A stretch of 64,000 bases of DNA from Eledone cirrhosa (lineage: Eukaryota): assembly GCA_964016885.1 (NCBI GenBank), contig OZ024740.1, positions 406,162,001 to 406,226,000 on the forward strand, read 5' to 3'. A model generated the notes under the pieces. The model saw nothing but the letters and a program-made list of their open reading frames with translations. It had not been told where the DNA came from and did not search any database. Below are positions 1 to 12,429 of this stretch, piece by piece. The position numbers were made by a program, and so were the translations under genes. How positions within the stretch are numbered: the first letter of the stretch is position 1; every line of letters starts with the position of its first letter.

Positions 1-2567
1 GACACAATGTTTGTGTCCATATGTTATACTTTAAAGAACCTTAAGTATGCAATGAAGTTGAAACTATAATAAGAATGTTTAACAATGAAACAATGTTATG
101 AAGATCTATAAATTTATGTATTAAAATAGAAATAAAAATATTTATAAAACAAAATTTCTGTGGGACCTGCGAGTGATTATTATTATTATTATTTTTATCA
201 TCATCATAATTAAAGTAGTTGTTGCAGCAATAGTAATGATAGGAAGAGCAGCATTGAAAATAATAAGGATGTTTTCTTACATGGGCATAGGGCCATATAT
301 TTTAGGGAAGAGGTACAGTTGGTTAAACTGACCTCAGTGTTTCACTGATATTTAATGTATTGATCCCCCCATATAGAATGAAAAGTAAAGTCAACTCTGG
401 CAGAATTTGAACACAATAACAATGAATGATGAGAGTACTTTTCTTCTTTGTTTTATAAAGCCTCAGACTTAGGAGTGGAATAGATCTCAATAGCTAGTAC
501 TTATGTCATCAATTCCAAACTTATGAAAGATAAAATTCAACCAAGGCAGGATTTGAACTCGTTATATAGAAGGAATGAAATAAATAGTTAAAAGCAACCA
601 TTATTTTCAATATTTCTTATGGATTTTTTAAAAGTTGATAATGATAATCATGAGATTGGATAAATGATCATTCAACAAGAACATTGCTGATTGACCTAAA
701 CAGCCCATGAAAGGTATTACATCATAATGCAATGAAATTGTCATGCAAAGAAAGTGAGAGCAGATGAGTAGTCTAAAGAACTGTGAAGAAAAACCAATTG
801 GATTATTCAAAGGAGAAAAACAAAGTGCTAACCAGAAGTAGAGGAAGATTTTATGAGAGACTTAAGACTTATGTGTGCATGCAGGAACACAAAATATTTA
901 ATTAAACATTTGGATCCAAGAAGCAAGACAGAGAAGCTCAATGATATGAATGTCAAATATGGTAGATTATAGTACCCTGTCCAAGTTCTGCCTGGTTGGA
1001 TTTTTGGCAGAGGAAATATGAACCATTGAGTTAGTGTAGAAACAACCTCCCCATACACACATATACACACAAAAACAAAATGAGCACAGACATTGACTAA
1101 ACTCAAGCTTTGGGTGCTATCCATAACTATTATAATTAAAGTATATAGATAAGTAGCATCAGTTACCGATCACATAGTGACATCTAAGAGTTAAGATATA
1201 TATTTTATATTCATGTTATTCTTTCAGTTGAATAACCATAACCAGTTCTCAAAAATAATGTTGTTGAGTATCATCTTAGAGATCTGCTGCTCCAAACATA
1301 GCATGCTTCATATTTTTATACAAGTATAAAATATGTTAAGACACAATGGAAAGTATTATTTATCCTTCTGAGGGGAGTCCAAGTGGTCAAAGACGATGAT
1401 CAAACAAAGTTCTGTGTAGACATATCAAAGACAAATAGCCAAGTCTTAGGAAACAGATTAAGCAACCAATAAGGGTAGCTTAATAGATCTTGAGTTGTAT
1501 AATTAAAAATTAGTATTTAAAACATGAGTATTAAAGAGGATAAAATCATACTTGAGAAAGAAGAAAAAATATTAGAAAGAGCAATATTTAAGAAGCTAAA
1601 GTTAATTTATCTATGATGATAATTTACATTTAATGGCCATAACTCAATTCATTAAAGAAAACTAAATAATATAGAAAGAAAAAAAGAAAGGAATACCAAC
1701 ATAAGTTTTAAAAAAGTAGTATATATTTTCATTACAGGTTTTTAATACATATTTAAGAGATAAAGGAAGTAATGAAATAAACTAATGAAAAGTAACTATT
1801 AATTGATGATTATATAATCTTTATATGATTTATTATCTCTCTATATGTACTGTTTATAATTGCACACATTTTTTCTAAAATTGTCATATATTTTTCTTCC
1901 TTTTTTTCTGTTGTTTATAATATTTTTCTTAAAAGCCAATCTATTAAAGTGTTGAAATGAAATTGAATGATAGTGACAGAGTTTGAAAAGAGTTGCTAAA
2001 GAAGAGAAAATACAAAATTACCATTACAAAGTTATTTTGTGGACAGTTGTAGAGAGCTACAGAGAGATGAGAATGGTAACTTTAGAGATGAGATAAAACA
2101 TGATATTTAACTAAAGATTTTCAGAGATCAGTGATTTAACAGAGAACATGTTTTCTCCTTTAACGTTTTTATTGATGATAAAAAAAAAAAAAAAGAATCA
2201 TCTTTTCAGCTAATTAATTATGTGATTAATTTTTAATATTCAAGAGAGCAACAATAAGTCTAATCTTCTTGAGACATAAAGATTGTTCTATTAAATTTCT
2301 AAGGCATCATTTCATTAAGGGGATATTTTCAGGAATAAATAGATTGTGCATTCGGCAGATGTTATTTAGAAAAAATAATAGAGATAGAGAGAGATAGAGA
2401 AGGGAAAGATAATTAAGAGAGAAAAGATAATGGCTTCAGTTTTTTCTAGAATCTAAAGTATTGTTATAAATTTGGAAATATTGAAAAATTTCATGAACCA
2501 TTTCAACCTTTGAAATTATGAAAGGGCAGGGGAAAAAGTAAGTACACAGCCAAAAACTTACTTTTGT

Positions 2568-2612
<45 letters not shown>

Positions 2613-2814
2613 ATGTATATGTAGTATTTTATATTTCATAAGTAACCTAAAATAATTTTTAAAATATCATTTTAGAAATGTCAATGATAAAAAATGATAA
2701 TGATGACAACCAGAGTGGTTTCTTTTTATATGTTGTTGCTGTTTTTTTTTGTTGGTTTTGTTATTTTTTAAAAACGTGTGGGGGGGGGGGGGATTTGGAG
2801 ATATAAGTACAATG

Positions 2815-3405
2815 CTAGGAGTTAGTTTCACCATAATTGTGTTTAACCATGAAATAACACACATTACTTTGTTCTCCATTTTCACAGCTAAGTATTATAT
2901 CATGTGCATCTGGTAGGTTTTCAGTCACTGATAGGGCATCAACTATAGTGTCACTATGTATTACAGAACGTGGTTTACGCATAGCTAAACCCCTAATCGG
3001 TTCAGAAGCTGGAGACTCACTTCGACTGGTGTTGTCCGTAAAAACACTATCTACATCAGATCCAATCACATCCAATTCCGCTCCTTCTGATGAAGATTTT
3101 GTTACAGAGGTGCCAGAGATTTGGACCTTCAGTTGCTGGTGGTGTTGTTTTTCAGTGCTGTCTTCTCCGCTACACATACCTTCTACCATACTGCTGCTGC
3201 TGCCAATATTTTCGCCATTTTGGTTATTGCTGGCACCACCACCTCTATTACTGCAAACATTATTACCTAGAGGTCCAAGAAACCAGTCTGATCTCTGTCG
3301 TAAGCGCTCCAACTGCTTGCGTTTTACAGAGTTGTAGCGACTTAAACATTTTGTTTTATGATCACTTCGTAAGTCATTTAAATTATCTTCCAGAGATTTC
3401 GGACG
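2815..3405 (-). CDS. RhoGAP-domain gene, last coding exon G (disordered C-terminus, stop codon)
   Basis: ttatttgcag acceptor, phase 0; RPKSLEDNLNDLRSDHKTKCLSRYNSVKRKQLERLRQRSDWFLGP...HNYGETNS*; ORF 2815..3450; joins exon F as DISK|RPKS. Confidence 0.88.
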   Translation of the reverse strand, partial: RPKSLEDNLNDLRSDHKTKCLSRYNSVKRKQLERLRQRSDWFLGPLGNNVCSNRGGGASNNQNGENIGSSSSMVEGMCSGEDSTEKQHHQQLKVQISGTSVTKSSSEGAELDVIGSDVDSVFTDNTSRSESPASEPIRGLAMRKPRSVIHSDTIVDALSVTENLPDAHDIILSCENGEQSNVCYFMVKHNYGETNS

Positions 3406-4727
3406 CTGCAAATAATTAAAAACAATACAGAATGAATATGTCAAAATCAAGTTTTAAGTGTTGGTCATAATTATTTATATTTTTAGCACCTATGTAATAT
3501 TGTTATCAGAGTGTTTTCATGATAGTATTTTAAATATAATAATAATAGATTATTTTCTATTGCAATGTTAACATATGACATCAAATTATAGATATGATTT
3601 TTATTTATGAAAGTTTATAAAATGTACACATTGGTATGTCAAAAGACTCCCAACTTATCTACTGAACTGCTGTTCTTATCAAAGTTCTGGTGAGGAAATT
3701 TCTTAGCTATATATACAATAGATGGAAGCTCTATGTGGTCACTCAAATTGCTAGAAATAACAGCATAATCTCCCTCAAATCATATCCTCACACCACAAAT
3801 TAGGAACAGAAACATTAGATAATATAGTCCTAGATATCCATCAAAATACAGGATAGTCACAACTGGAATTCATTTGATCACAGATCTGCTTTGTAAGGGA
3901 TGACCTGCGACTAAACAACAACATATATTCTGAATTAAAAGGTGCTCTTAATCTGTTTCTGAACTTCAGCTTCCACCATGTTAAGCAGATGAGAGATAAA
4001 TATCTCTTATTTTGTGTGATGCTGGTATATTGTAAGTAGCTTTTTATACACTGGTACTGCCATTACTGTGAATTATATTATCCTGTGATGTTTAGGATGA
4101 TCCTAATGATGTTAGGAGATGGGGGGAGGGCCAGATTAAGTCCTTAAAAGATTGTGAGGCCCACCCCTCTTCCTTTAATGCCCTAAACATGTACATATTT
4201 TGCTAAATGTTTAATCTAGCTTGGGGTAGGGATAGGTTTTTGATAGATACAAACTGCAATTATCTGGCTGTTTACTGTAGCATAGCAAGGGCTATCAGTG
4301 CCAGGTGGCAAAGACAATTTTGACCCCACCCCATCTTAACAGTTGTGAAAGGCTAGAGGGAATTGTGTGCCCTTCATAGTTGCATCTGGTGTCAACTGCC
4401 CCCCACCCCACCGCACTCTCCTTACTGGCTGTTCAGTCTCTATTGGTCAAACAACTCATGGTTTTCCATGAAAATTTAGCATAATGTTTAAAATGTATGG
4501 ACCTGTAACTGTAGGTCTTAACATAACTAATTTCTTCCAGAGAAGGAGAGTGAAAGAAGGGAGTGATATAGAGGAAGAATTGACCCCACTACTGGATAGG
4601 AGCTTTTTTTTATCAAGTTCAAAACATTGAAAGGCAGAGTTAACATTAGAGAGATTTGAATTTACAGAGCTAGAACAAATGCAGTTTCATAACTCTACCA
4701 ATTTGCTGCTTCAATGTTTAAAATAAT

Positions 4728-4914
4728 TGTTTCTACTTTTGGCACAAGACCAGCAATTACTCCAGTGCATTACTGGTGCTTTATTTTATTGACCCCGTAA
4801 GGATGAAAGGCAAAGTTAACCTTGGCAGGATTTGAACGTGGGCTGTAAAGGGCCATAACTCTATGCTGCAAAGTATGGTGTCTGACGCTCTACTGATACT
4901 GCCAATCCACTACC
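4728..4914 (-). mobile_element. tRNA-derived SINE, family A
   Basis: Minus strand has A-box-like TGGCAGTATCAG and B-box-like GTTCAAATCC, core CTTTGCCTTTCATCCTTACGGGGTC(A/G)ATAAAATAAAG(C/T)ACCAG (resembles the MetaSINE/Sauria-type core, from recall), 3' end GTAGAAACAATTAT; more than 10 copies in window. Confidence 0.85.
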
Positions 4915-4917
4915 ACA

Positions 4918-5100
4918 ATCATCATTATCATCATCATTTTACGTCCGCTTTTCCCTGCTTGCAAGGGTGGGACAGGAACTGATTCTGGCTTGATTTCTAC
5001 AGCTGGATGCCCTTCCTAACACCAACCTCATTTACAGTGAGTGCTGGGTGCTTTTTTGCCGTGGCACCTCCACGACCACTTTGCAGTGGAATGATAGGGA
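4918..5100 (-). mobile_element. RTE LINE 3' end fragment with (GAT)n tail
   Basis: Reverse complement of the 3' UTR at 52090-52418 (GGTTGGTGTTAGGAAGGGCATCCAGCTGTAGAAATCAAGCC); starts with (CAT)n. Confidence 0.75.
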
Positions 5101-5119
5101 CCCCGGTCCCTATCATCTC

Positions 5120-5259
5120 ATTTCTACAGCTGAGTAAACTGGAGCAATGTTAAATAAAGTGTCTTGCTCAAGGAAACAACACATCACCCGGTCTGAGAAT
5201 TGAACTCACAATCTTTCGATTGCAAGCCCAATGCTCTAACCACTAAGCCATGTACCTCC
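5120..5259 (-). mobile_element. tRNA-derived SINE, family B
   Basis: Minus strand GGAGGTACATGGCTTAGTGGTTAGAGC..GAGTTCAATTC..CCTTGAGCAAGACACTT; related copies at 61115-61237 and ~55035-55122. Confidence 0.75.
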
Positions 5260-5273
5260 ATGTTTAAAATAAT

Positions 5274-5771
5274 TGTTTCTACTTTTGGCACAAGACCAGC
5301 AATTATCCCAGTGCATTACTGGTACTTTATTGTATCGACCCCGTAAGGATGAAAGGCAAGGTTAACCTCGGCAGAATTTGAACACAGACCATAAAGGACC
5401 GTAACTCTTTGTTACAAAGTATGGCGTCTGACCCTCTACTGATACTGCCAATCCACCAATGTTTAAAATAATGGTTTCTTATATAGGCACAAGGCCAGCA
5501 ATTTTGGGGGAGGGGAAAGTCAATTAAATCGACTCCAGTGCGTGACTGGTACTTTATTTTATCAACCCCGTAAGGATGAAAGTTTAAAATAATTGTTTCT
5601 ACTTTAGGCACAAGGCCAGCAATTACCCAGTGCATTACTGGTACTTTATTTTATCGACCCCGTAAGGATGAAAGGCAAAGTCAACCTCGGCGGGATTTGA
5701 ACTCAGATCGTAAAGGGACGTAACTATGCTGGAAAGCATGGCGTCCGACCCTCTACCGATACTGCCAATCC
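5274..5771 (-). mobile_element. three consecutive SINE family A copies (5274-5457, truncated variant 5473-5581, 5594-5771)
   Basis: Each matches family A; copies are separated by repeats of the target GTTTAAAATAAT. Confidence 0.85.
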
Positions 5772-6183
5772 AAAGTTTAAAATAATGAGAGTTAGTTGTA
5801 GCATGAATTTACAATGATATTTCCAGCAAAGATCATATCAAGACTACAGCTAGATGAGGCCATAGTTTGGATATTTTACATTATATTTCACACATTTGTC
5901 TAAGGCAGTATTTGAACTAGTTCTTGATAGCGGATTAACGGATAAACAAGTCAATAACTTCAGCCAGTAATATTATCATAATTCTAGAGAACAAGTTGTA
6001 TCAACTTGTTATTCCATGAAATAATTTAATCCTATCTGAAAGTCTATTAAAATTCCTCCGAGAGAAACATTACACTCATATTATATACATGCATCTGTAT
6101 GTAATCATATATATAATTACATACACACACATACACAAAGGCATACATATATATACATGCATACACACACATTTTTATATATA

Positions 6184-6472
6184 CAGTGTACCCATGCGTA
6201 TTCGCAGCTCGGCATTTGCAGACTTTAAAACCTAACTAATAATTGTTTGTGGAAATCGAATATTCGCGGAATCGCAAATATCTTCTACAATTTTTTAATG
6301 GCTTTTTTGTGGCAATATATATTTTTTCACGCTTTTTAACGCTAAATTATTAATAACAATATGCTGGATTTGCTGGCCTATATATTACGTTTACAGGCAT
6401 TTTTATGGGCCACGTCCAATATTCGCAGGTGCTCTAGGAACGTAACCCCCATGAATACTATGGGGACAACTG
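6184..6472. mobile_element. Tigger/pogo-like MITE
   Basis: TA|CAGTG...AACTG|TA ends; imperfect TIRs (cagtgtacccatgcgtattcgc / catgaatactatggggacaactg); CpG-richer than flanks. Confidence 0.6.
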
Positions 6473-6770
6473 TACATATATATAAAGCATGTGTGTAAAA
6501 AATGGTGAGCAGTATTGGAAAATTGAATTAGAAGCCTTTGCCATATTTTTTGACTACAGAAAATACAAGCTGTCTAAATGGGAAAAAAATGGTTGGGGCT
6601 CATATGCCCTGTTATAAAACTATTTTCTATAGTAACAAAAATATGCTGAAAGCTAATTCAATTTTCATATATAATTTATTTCCTACAGAAATAAATCATC
6701 GTACCTTCTCTGTATTGAGTACCTTTTATAAGGTCTCTTTCTGTTCATCTTTGGAAAACCATTCTCTCTC

Positions 6771-6814
<44 letters not shown>

Positions 6815-6818
<4 letters not shown>

Positions 6819-6966
6819 GAAGGAAGTGTGGTAAGGAACCAGGTGGACCATAACGCACCAGAGTACTCGATACTATAGGTAGTAGAGTGGGTAGTAGGAA
6901 TTCAACAGCTATTTCTGAGTTCAGAAATAGCTGTTGAAGCTCAGCCGTCAGGGTCCTGGCTCTTTT

Positions 6967-6967
<1 letters not shown>
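6815..6967 (-). mobile_element. TA-embedded Penelope-like relic with 18-bp hairpin
   Basis: Flanked by (TA)n on both sides; perfect inverted repeat TTCAACAGCTATTTCTGA / TCAGAAATAGCTGTTGAA at 6901-6938; hammerhead-like CTGACGG...GAAATAGCTGTT on minus strand. Confidence 0.5.
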
Positions 6968-7002
<35 letters not shown>

Positions 7003-7071
7003 ATTATACACAAACACACAACAGTAATAGTAACAATAATAATAATAATATAAACAATAACAACGATTTAC

Positions 7072-7316
7072 CTTGCTAATATCAGGCGAAGGGATAGTTG
7101 AAACTTCAGGTGCTGATGCTGTTGTAACATTGACAACTAGTTGTAAGTCTTCGCCAGAATGAGACTCTCGGTTGGAAGATGGCCAACTGGGACCTACAGA
7201 TTCCGAACGGATATTGCTGCCATCAAACCGGGCATGTCTTCTCAAACCAACACATTCATCTGATTGATAACGCACTTGAGGTAGGGATTTATTGTAAAAT
7301 TCTTCCTTATTTATAG
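7072..7316 (-). CDS. RhoGAP-domain gene, exon F (Ser-rich linker)
   Basis: ttttgtttttctatag acceptor, AAG|gtaaat donor; 245 nt, phase 1 to 0; INKEEFYNKSLPQVRYQSDECVGLRRHARFDGS...STIPSPDISK; core of ORF 6745..7347. Confidence 0.85.
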
Positions 7317-8049
7317 CTATAGAAAAACAAAAGAGATAGAAGGGCATGAAAAATTAACAGATATATGTAAGCAAAAATTGAAATATAGTCATCCCAGCCT
7401 AAAAAACTATAATAGTAGACAATCCCTTTAAATAATTCTAATGATTTCTGATTTAGGCACAAGGCCAGCAATTTAGGAGGGCTGTTGATTGTATCAACTC
7501 CAGTACTTAACTGGTACTTTATTTTATTGACTCTAGAAGGATGAAAGACAAAACTGACCATGACAGGATTTGAATGCATAACATAAAAAAAACGGGGAAA
7601 AATACTGCAATAACACATTAATAATTCTGCCAAGAGTTGAGAAAACTGATAAAGTACCCCTGGAGTCAGAAAAGAATTCTCCAGGAATACTATAGCTGAT
7701 TTTGTCAACAGTTGTTTTTAATGGATGACAATGGCAAATTACATTGAGACAACTAAATTTCAAATTTTCCTAATGTTTCTTTAAGTCAACCTGATGTTCA
7801 TACTATATAAAAAAATTTTGTTGTTGTTTTTGATCTAATGTTTTGTGTTGTTTAGAAATTGTGAATGCCATTTGAATCAAAGTCAGTATCTTAGCATGCA
7901 AGTATGCAAGCATTTAGGCTAGATCTCCAGTTTGATATCTTCCTTTTTCCTTCCCATCAGTCACAGAGGCTCTGAAAAGTGGCATGAGTATTGTCCTTCC
8001 CTCTCCCAAACTAAACAATAAAAAAATATGTTACAAAAACAAATATATA

Positions 8050-8237
8050 CAGGGTGTATCAAAAAGGCTATATTTAAACATATTACTATATAGTCACTCA
8101 GTGACTTGTACAATGTCTGAATATAAAGTTTTATTCTTTTTTTCATAACTTTTATAAATTTTTTATAAAGTTCTTTACATATTGAGCATTTGTAAAAATT
8201 CTAAGTAAAATTGGCTGATTCCTTTTGATACACCCTA
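8050..8237. mobile_element. Tc1/mariner-type MITE
   Basis: TIRs CAGGGTGTATCAAAA / TTTTGATACACCCT, in TA context. Confidence 0.75.
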
Positions 8238-8243
8238 TATATA

Positions 8244-8738
8244 TGATAAATTCCGACCTCACACACTTACACCTCTCCAAGACAATGTCACTGGACCGAG
8301 ATCTTTGGCGGTACTCAGTAATAGAGAAGACCCGCCTTGCCTAAATACAAAGTAAACCTACTACAGTCAGTAGGCATCTCTAACAAAATACACCCCGTCA
8401 CACCACCCCCACCCCATCCACACCGCCCCTTTCAATGTAAAGTTACGTTGGTGCCACAACATCCAGGCCGAAACAAATGAGATCGTGTAGGTGTCACGAC
8501 AAAAAAACACACAGTCCACGCTGTAATGTGGCCGTGTAGGTAACACAGTAAAAACCTCCCAGTCCTACACTGTAAACGTGGTTGGTGTTAGGAAGGGCAT
8601 CCAGCCGTAGAAAACCCGCCAGATAGTCCTATGCGAGCAAGACAACCACTCTTGCCTCAAGTGGGAAAACTCCCGTCCAAACCCATGCAAGCGTGGAACA
8701 TGGACGTTAAACGATGATGATGATGATGATGATGATGA
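8244..8738 (+). mobile_element. 5'-truncated RTE LINE 3' end (subfamily 2) with (GAT)n tail
   Basis: Encodes ORF terminus ...SDLTHLHLSKTMSLDRDLWR...KTRLA*, then UTR and (GAT)9; near-identical to 53004-53376 and 54320-54893. Confidence 0.85.
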
Positions 8739-8971
8739 TATATATATATATATATATAAGCAGTATTTCAACATAATGTGATAATGTGACAGTTAATGGG
8801 GTGAACAATCCTGTTACAACTTTTGTGCTGAATACAATCCTACTGGCAGATTCGCCAATCAGGAAGAGAACTATGGCAACAATATAGATATATAGTGACC
8901 CCTAGTGCCTGAATAATATTATTCAATAAATTTCAATTAAATCATATATTGCCAAATTGCACCTCTCAAAG

Positions 8972-9222
8972 GTGATGACACAGGACTGAGAACCCTGGCG
9001 TTACGCAGTAATACAGAAGACCCAGCTTCCCACGGGTACAAGCTGAAGCTGGAGCATATAGACAGAATGCCCCCACCTCTCCAGCTGTAGAAATCAAGCC
9101 AAAATCAATTCTGTATGAGCAAGACATGGTCACCTGACCTGGCATTGTTCACAACAGGGTAACCTGTCTAACCCATGTTAGCATGGAAGAATAGACATAA
9201 AACAGTGATGATGATGATGATT
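8972..9222 (+). mobile_element. decayed RTE LINE 3' end
   Basis: Homologous to 51980-52418; (GAT)n tail. Confidence 0.7.
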
Positions 9223-9719
9223 GTTTGCAATAATATTTTTGAAATTAAATAATGAAAGTAAGGGAAAGGAGTGACTGACAAATATGTTCTATCCCTTCTT
9301 CACAGCTGAGTGGTCAGTAAACAAATAGGTTCTACCACTACTTCACAGTTGAGTGGTCAGTAATAGGTAAAAAACAACACTATAACATGAATATCTCACC
9401 ACCTTGGAACTCACATTTACCCTAACATACAAAAATGGCTATAAAACAACAAATAATTAATTACGTAAAATGAAAATAAATATGATAAAGTATATATGGA
9501 CTTTTGTTAGTTTTGAAATTGAGTGTTCCAGTTGTTTGGTCAACAAAGTCATCTACCTGTTAACATGTAATTGTCAGAGAAATTCAATGTGACACATTGC
9601 GTAACAAAACTTGCCTTTAGAGTTACAGGTACAATCTACCAGACAAGCTTATAAACAGTTACCACCTACCCAATTTAGCTTGCCTCAACTTGATGCTATG
9701 GTTGAAAGACACTTGTCGT

Positions 9720-9912
9720 AACTCTTTAGTATTTAAACCGGCTGTATCTGGCCCAAATCCTCTCACCTCTTTCTGTTCAAACTGGCTGTAACTGGCCACT
9801 CATACTTATGTTAAGATATTATTCTCAAAATAAATAATATTAAAATCTCGTAGATTCAATATTATGTGAGATAAAGTGTTTACTGTGAAAATACAATAGA
9901 GTAAAGGGCTAA
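9720..9912. mobile_element. TTAA-type (piggyBac-like) MITE
   Basis: taactcttt...aaagggctaa ends; inverted homolog of 56400-56616. Confidence 0.5.
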
Positions 9913-11837
9913 GATACCACACACTGGAACCAGCCTGCTCTCATGGTTGTGAAGCAAACTTCTTAACCATTTGGCTCTGTTATGTCCATAAATAAATAAA
10001 AGAATATCATTAAATATAAAAACACCAATGATTTCTTCTTTTTTTAAATGAAAAAATATCGATATTCAAAAATATGTAAGGTAAACTAAAACAACTATTA
10101 TTGCTATTGAAACAATAAAGAAAGCTAATGTTAGGAGAGGTGGTGAATACTAAAACAGAATACACTAACTCTTTATAGTTTGTTCAGTAAATAGTAACTT
10201 CTAGAAATAGTTGTTGTAAAGTGAAGAAAGAACCAAAGGGTCCTTCTACAGTCCTTCCCAGCTGCCTCACCAAATATACTCAGCAGAACATTCCCGCTTG
10301 CTTTCCTACCTACTATTTACAATTTGGTCCAACACACATTATACTAATTCTCTTGTACTGCCATCCTGCCTACCCCAATTTCCTCTTTTGCTTTTATGTC
10401 AATTACCTACTGGGGACACACACCCAAATATAAAAAAAACATAGTGACATGTTGCACAGTTGACTAATACATACATATATATACATACTCACACACACAC
10501 AATTTAATGTAAATACATACTACAGTAAAGTCAGTATTGGAGTAACAATTAGGGTATGAACCAGTAGTTAAGTAAGAGAACACACCCAGACATAGATTTC
10601 TTTATGGAAAGCAAACTTGAAGAAGTATGTAGGACAATAACACTTAAAAACAATTGTATCTCCCTTTCTCACACATATATCCACATGGTATTAAAACATG
10701 CATGTTTACAATATGTAGATAACTAGTATATAATTGACAACATATTACAAACATAACAACAACATATATATAAATACATACATATATTGATAAACACACA
10801 CTACACAAAAGCTAACCTCACCCACCTAACACACAAACTTGCATGCATGCACACACATCCCAGTTAATAATAAAGAAGTAAAAAAAGATAAAAGATATAT
10901 ATATATATTTATAGTAGCTTGGCAGAAAAATTTCTGATTCTGGGTTAAAGATAGAGCTAATGCCAGTTTGCAGCTGTGTTTTAACTTCACTAATACACTG
11001 ATTGAGTAGCTTCGATAGAAGAGCAGTACTATAAAAAAAAAATATTCAGTTATTCATTATCTGAACATCTCAGAAGTATGATCTGATCTGATTATAAAGA
11101 ATCTAAGAGGTTACCAGTTTACTCTTTCTTCTCGATGGAACTTGTAAACCATGACAATAAAGCAAATATACAGATACAACAGATGCCAAAGAGATTAGCA
11201 CAATGTCTTTCAGAGAAGTCATTCAGTACAAGGTTGAAAATTATGAGAATTGTAAAAGATAGGTAAAGGAAAAATAGGAGAGAGAAAAAAAAAGATGTTT
11301 ACTCAGATACATTTTGCAAGTGGCCAAGTAGGATTGGTTAGCTGAAAGTTTTATTTAAGCAAAGGATATTTTTAACTAACAAACAATGCACAGCTGCAAT
11401 CTTTGACAAAGAATGTTTCACTCAACACTGGAGCTCGATTTACAAGATAGGCAAGATATAGAATGTATGCTAGTTGTAGGATAGTTGCCACTAATCTATT
11501 TACAGAAAAATACTTTGGATGATTAAAGTGATAAAGATATAATTGAAAATATGTTGAAGAGATCATGAAATTAATTGCATTTAGAATTAATGAATGCAGT
11601 AGAAAATGACTTTTTATTCAATTTCTATGAATACACATATATGTGCAGTTAAGATATAAGAAAGTATTTTTAATGAAAGAAGCAGTAAACAGAGGTCAAT
11701 CTAAGGGCTTTGAGAAAATATTACTTATGAAACAAACTTTGTGATTTATTCAGGTCAGTGAAATTGGACTAGGATAGTTAACAAATAAATGAGTCATTGA
11801 TCCCTTAAGTATTAAATATTTACATTTTATCTAATCA

Positions 11838-11916
11838 AATTTTCTTTCTTTCGTTTTCTAATGTTTTACATCTAATTTTCTTTCTTTCGTTTTCTAATGT
11901 TTTACATCTAATTTTC
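11838..11916 (+). repeat. 36-bp tandem duplication
   Basis: aattttctttctttcgttttctaatgttttacatct x2 plus partial third copy. Confidence 0.85.
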
Positions 11917-12023
11917 CATACTAGCAAATATTTGATATGTCAATGTAGATGCTTATGTTACGGAATTTTAGCAATACATATACTATACTAAGATGCTGAG
12001 ACATAATTATTAGCAACAGTTAT

Positions 12024-12247
12024 TAACTCTTTAACATCCTGTACTGCATGAAACTGCATTAGCAAGACATTTTTTAAAAGTATAAAACAACAATATGACT
12101 ACATCACATTAAAAATTGAAGTTTTTATTTAGTTTATTGTAAATTTTCCCATTGATGTGTCCACTAGTAAAAATACTATAACTATCTGAATTAATAACCT
12201 GTTTTAAAATAATTTGGTTTAAATCATTGCAGGAAGTTAAGAGTTAA
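12024..12247. mobile_element. TTAA-flanked MITE
   Basis: ttaactctttaacatcctg ... caggaagttaagagttaa imperfect terminal inverted repeats. Confidence 0.55.
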
Positions 12248-12258
12248 ATAAATAAGTA

Positions 12259-12429
12259 GCGTACTTCCTGGAATCAAAGACGCTACTTTTTTCCAAAAAT
12301 AAGTCTCAAAAATCTACCATGTGTCCTGGAGGCCAAAGGTTGTTTATTATTTTTTTACAAAAATTTTGGTTGTCAAAATTAGGGCACGTCCTCAAGGACG
12401 AAGTATCTTCGGTGCTGGGAAATATGGTA
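12259..12429. mobile_element. decayed Tc1/pogo-like MITE
   Basis: gcgtacttcctg ... ctgggaaatatggta, resembling TACCGTATTTCCCGG-type TIRs. Confidence 0.4.

Noticed and set aside
2948-3419. Plus-strand ORFs of 129 and 109 aa
   Set aside because: Antisense shadows of coding exon G
5120-5259. tRNA gene-like A/B boxes
   Set aside because: SINE heads followed by a SINE body; multi-copy; no complete cloverleaf evident
6745-7071. ORF 6745..7347 reading through the exon F donor, or a further exon at 6967
   Set aside because: The extension is (TAT)n/(TA)n microsatellite plus a TE relic; the AG at 6968 gives an early stop in phase 0, while exon F joins exon G cleanly
9400-9438. 39-nt segment with tag|...|gtgag splice signals
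   Set aside because: Stop codon in phase 1, the phase required between exons D/E and F
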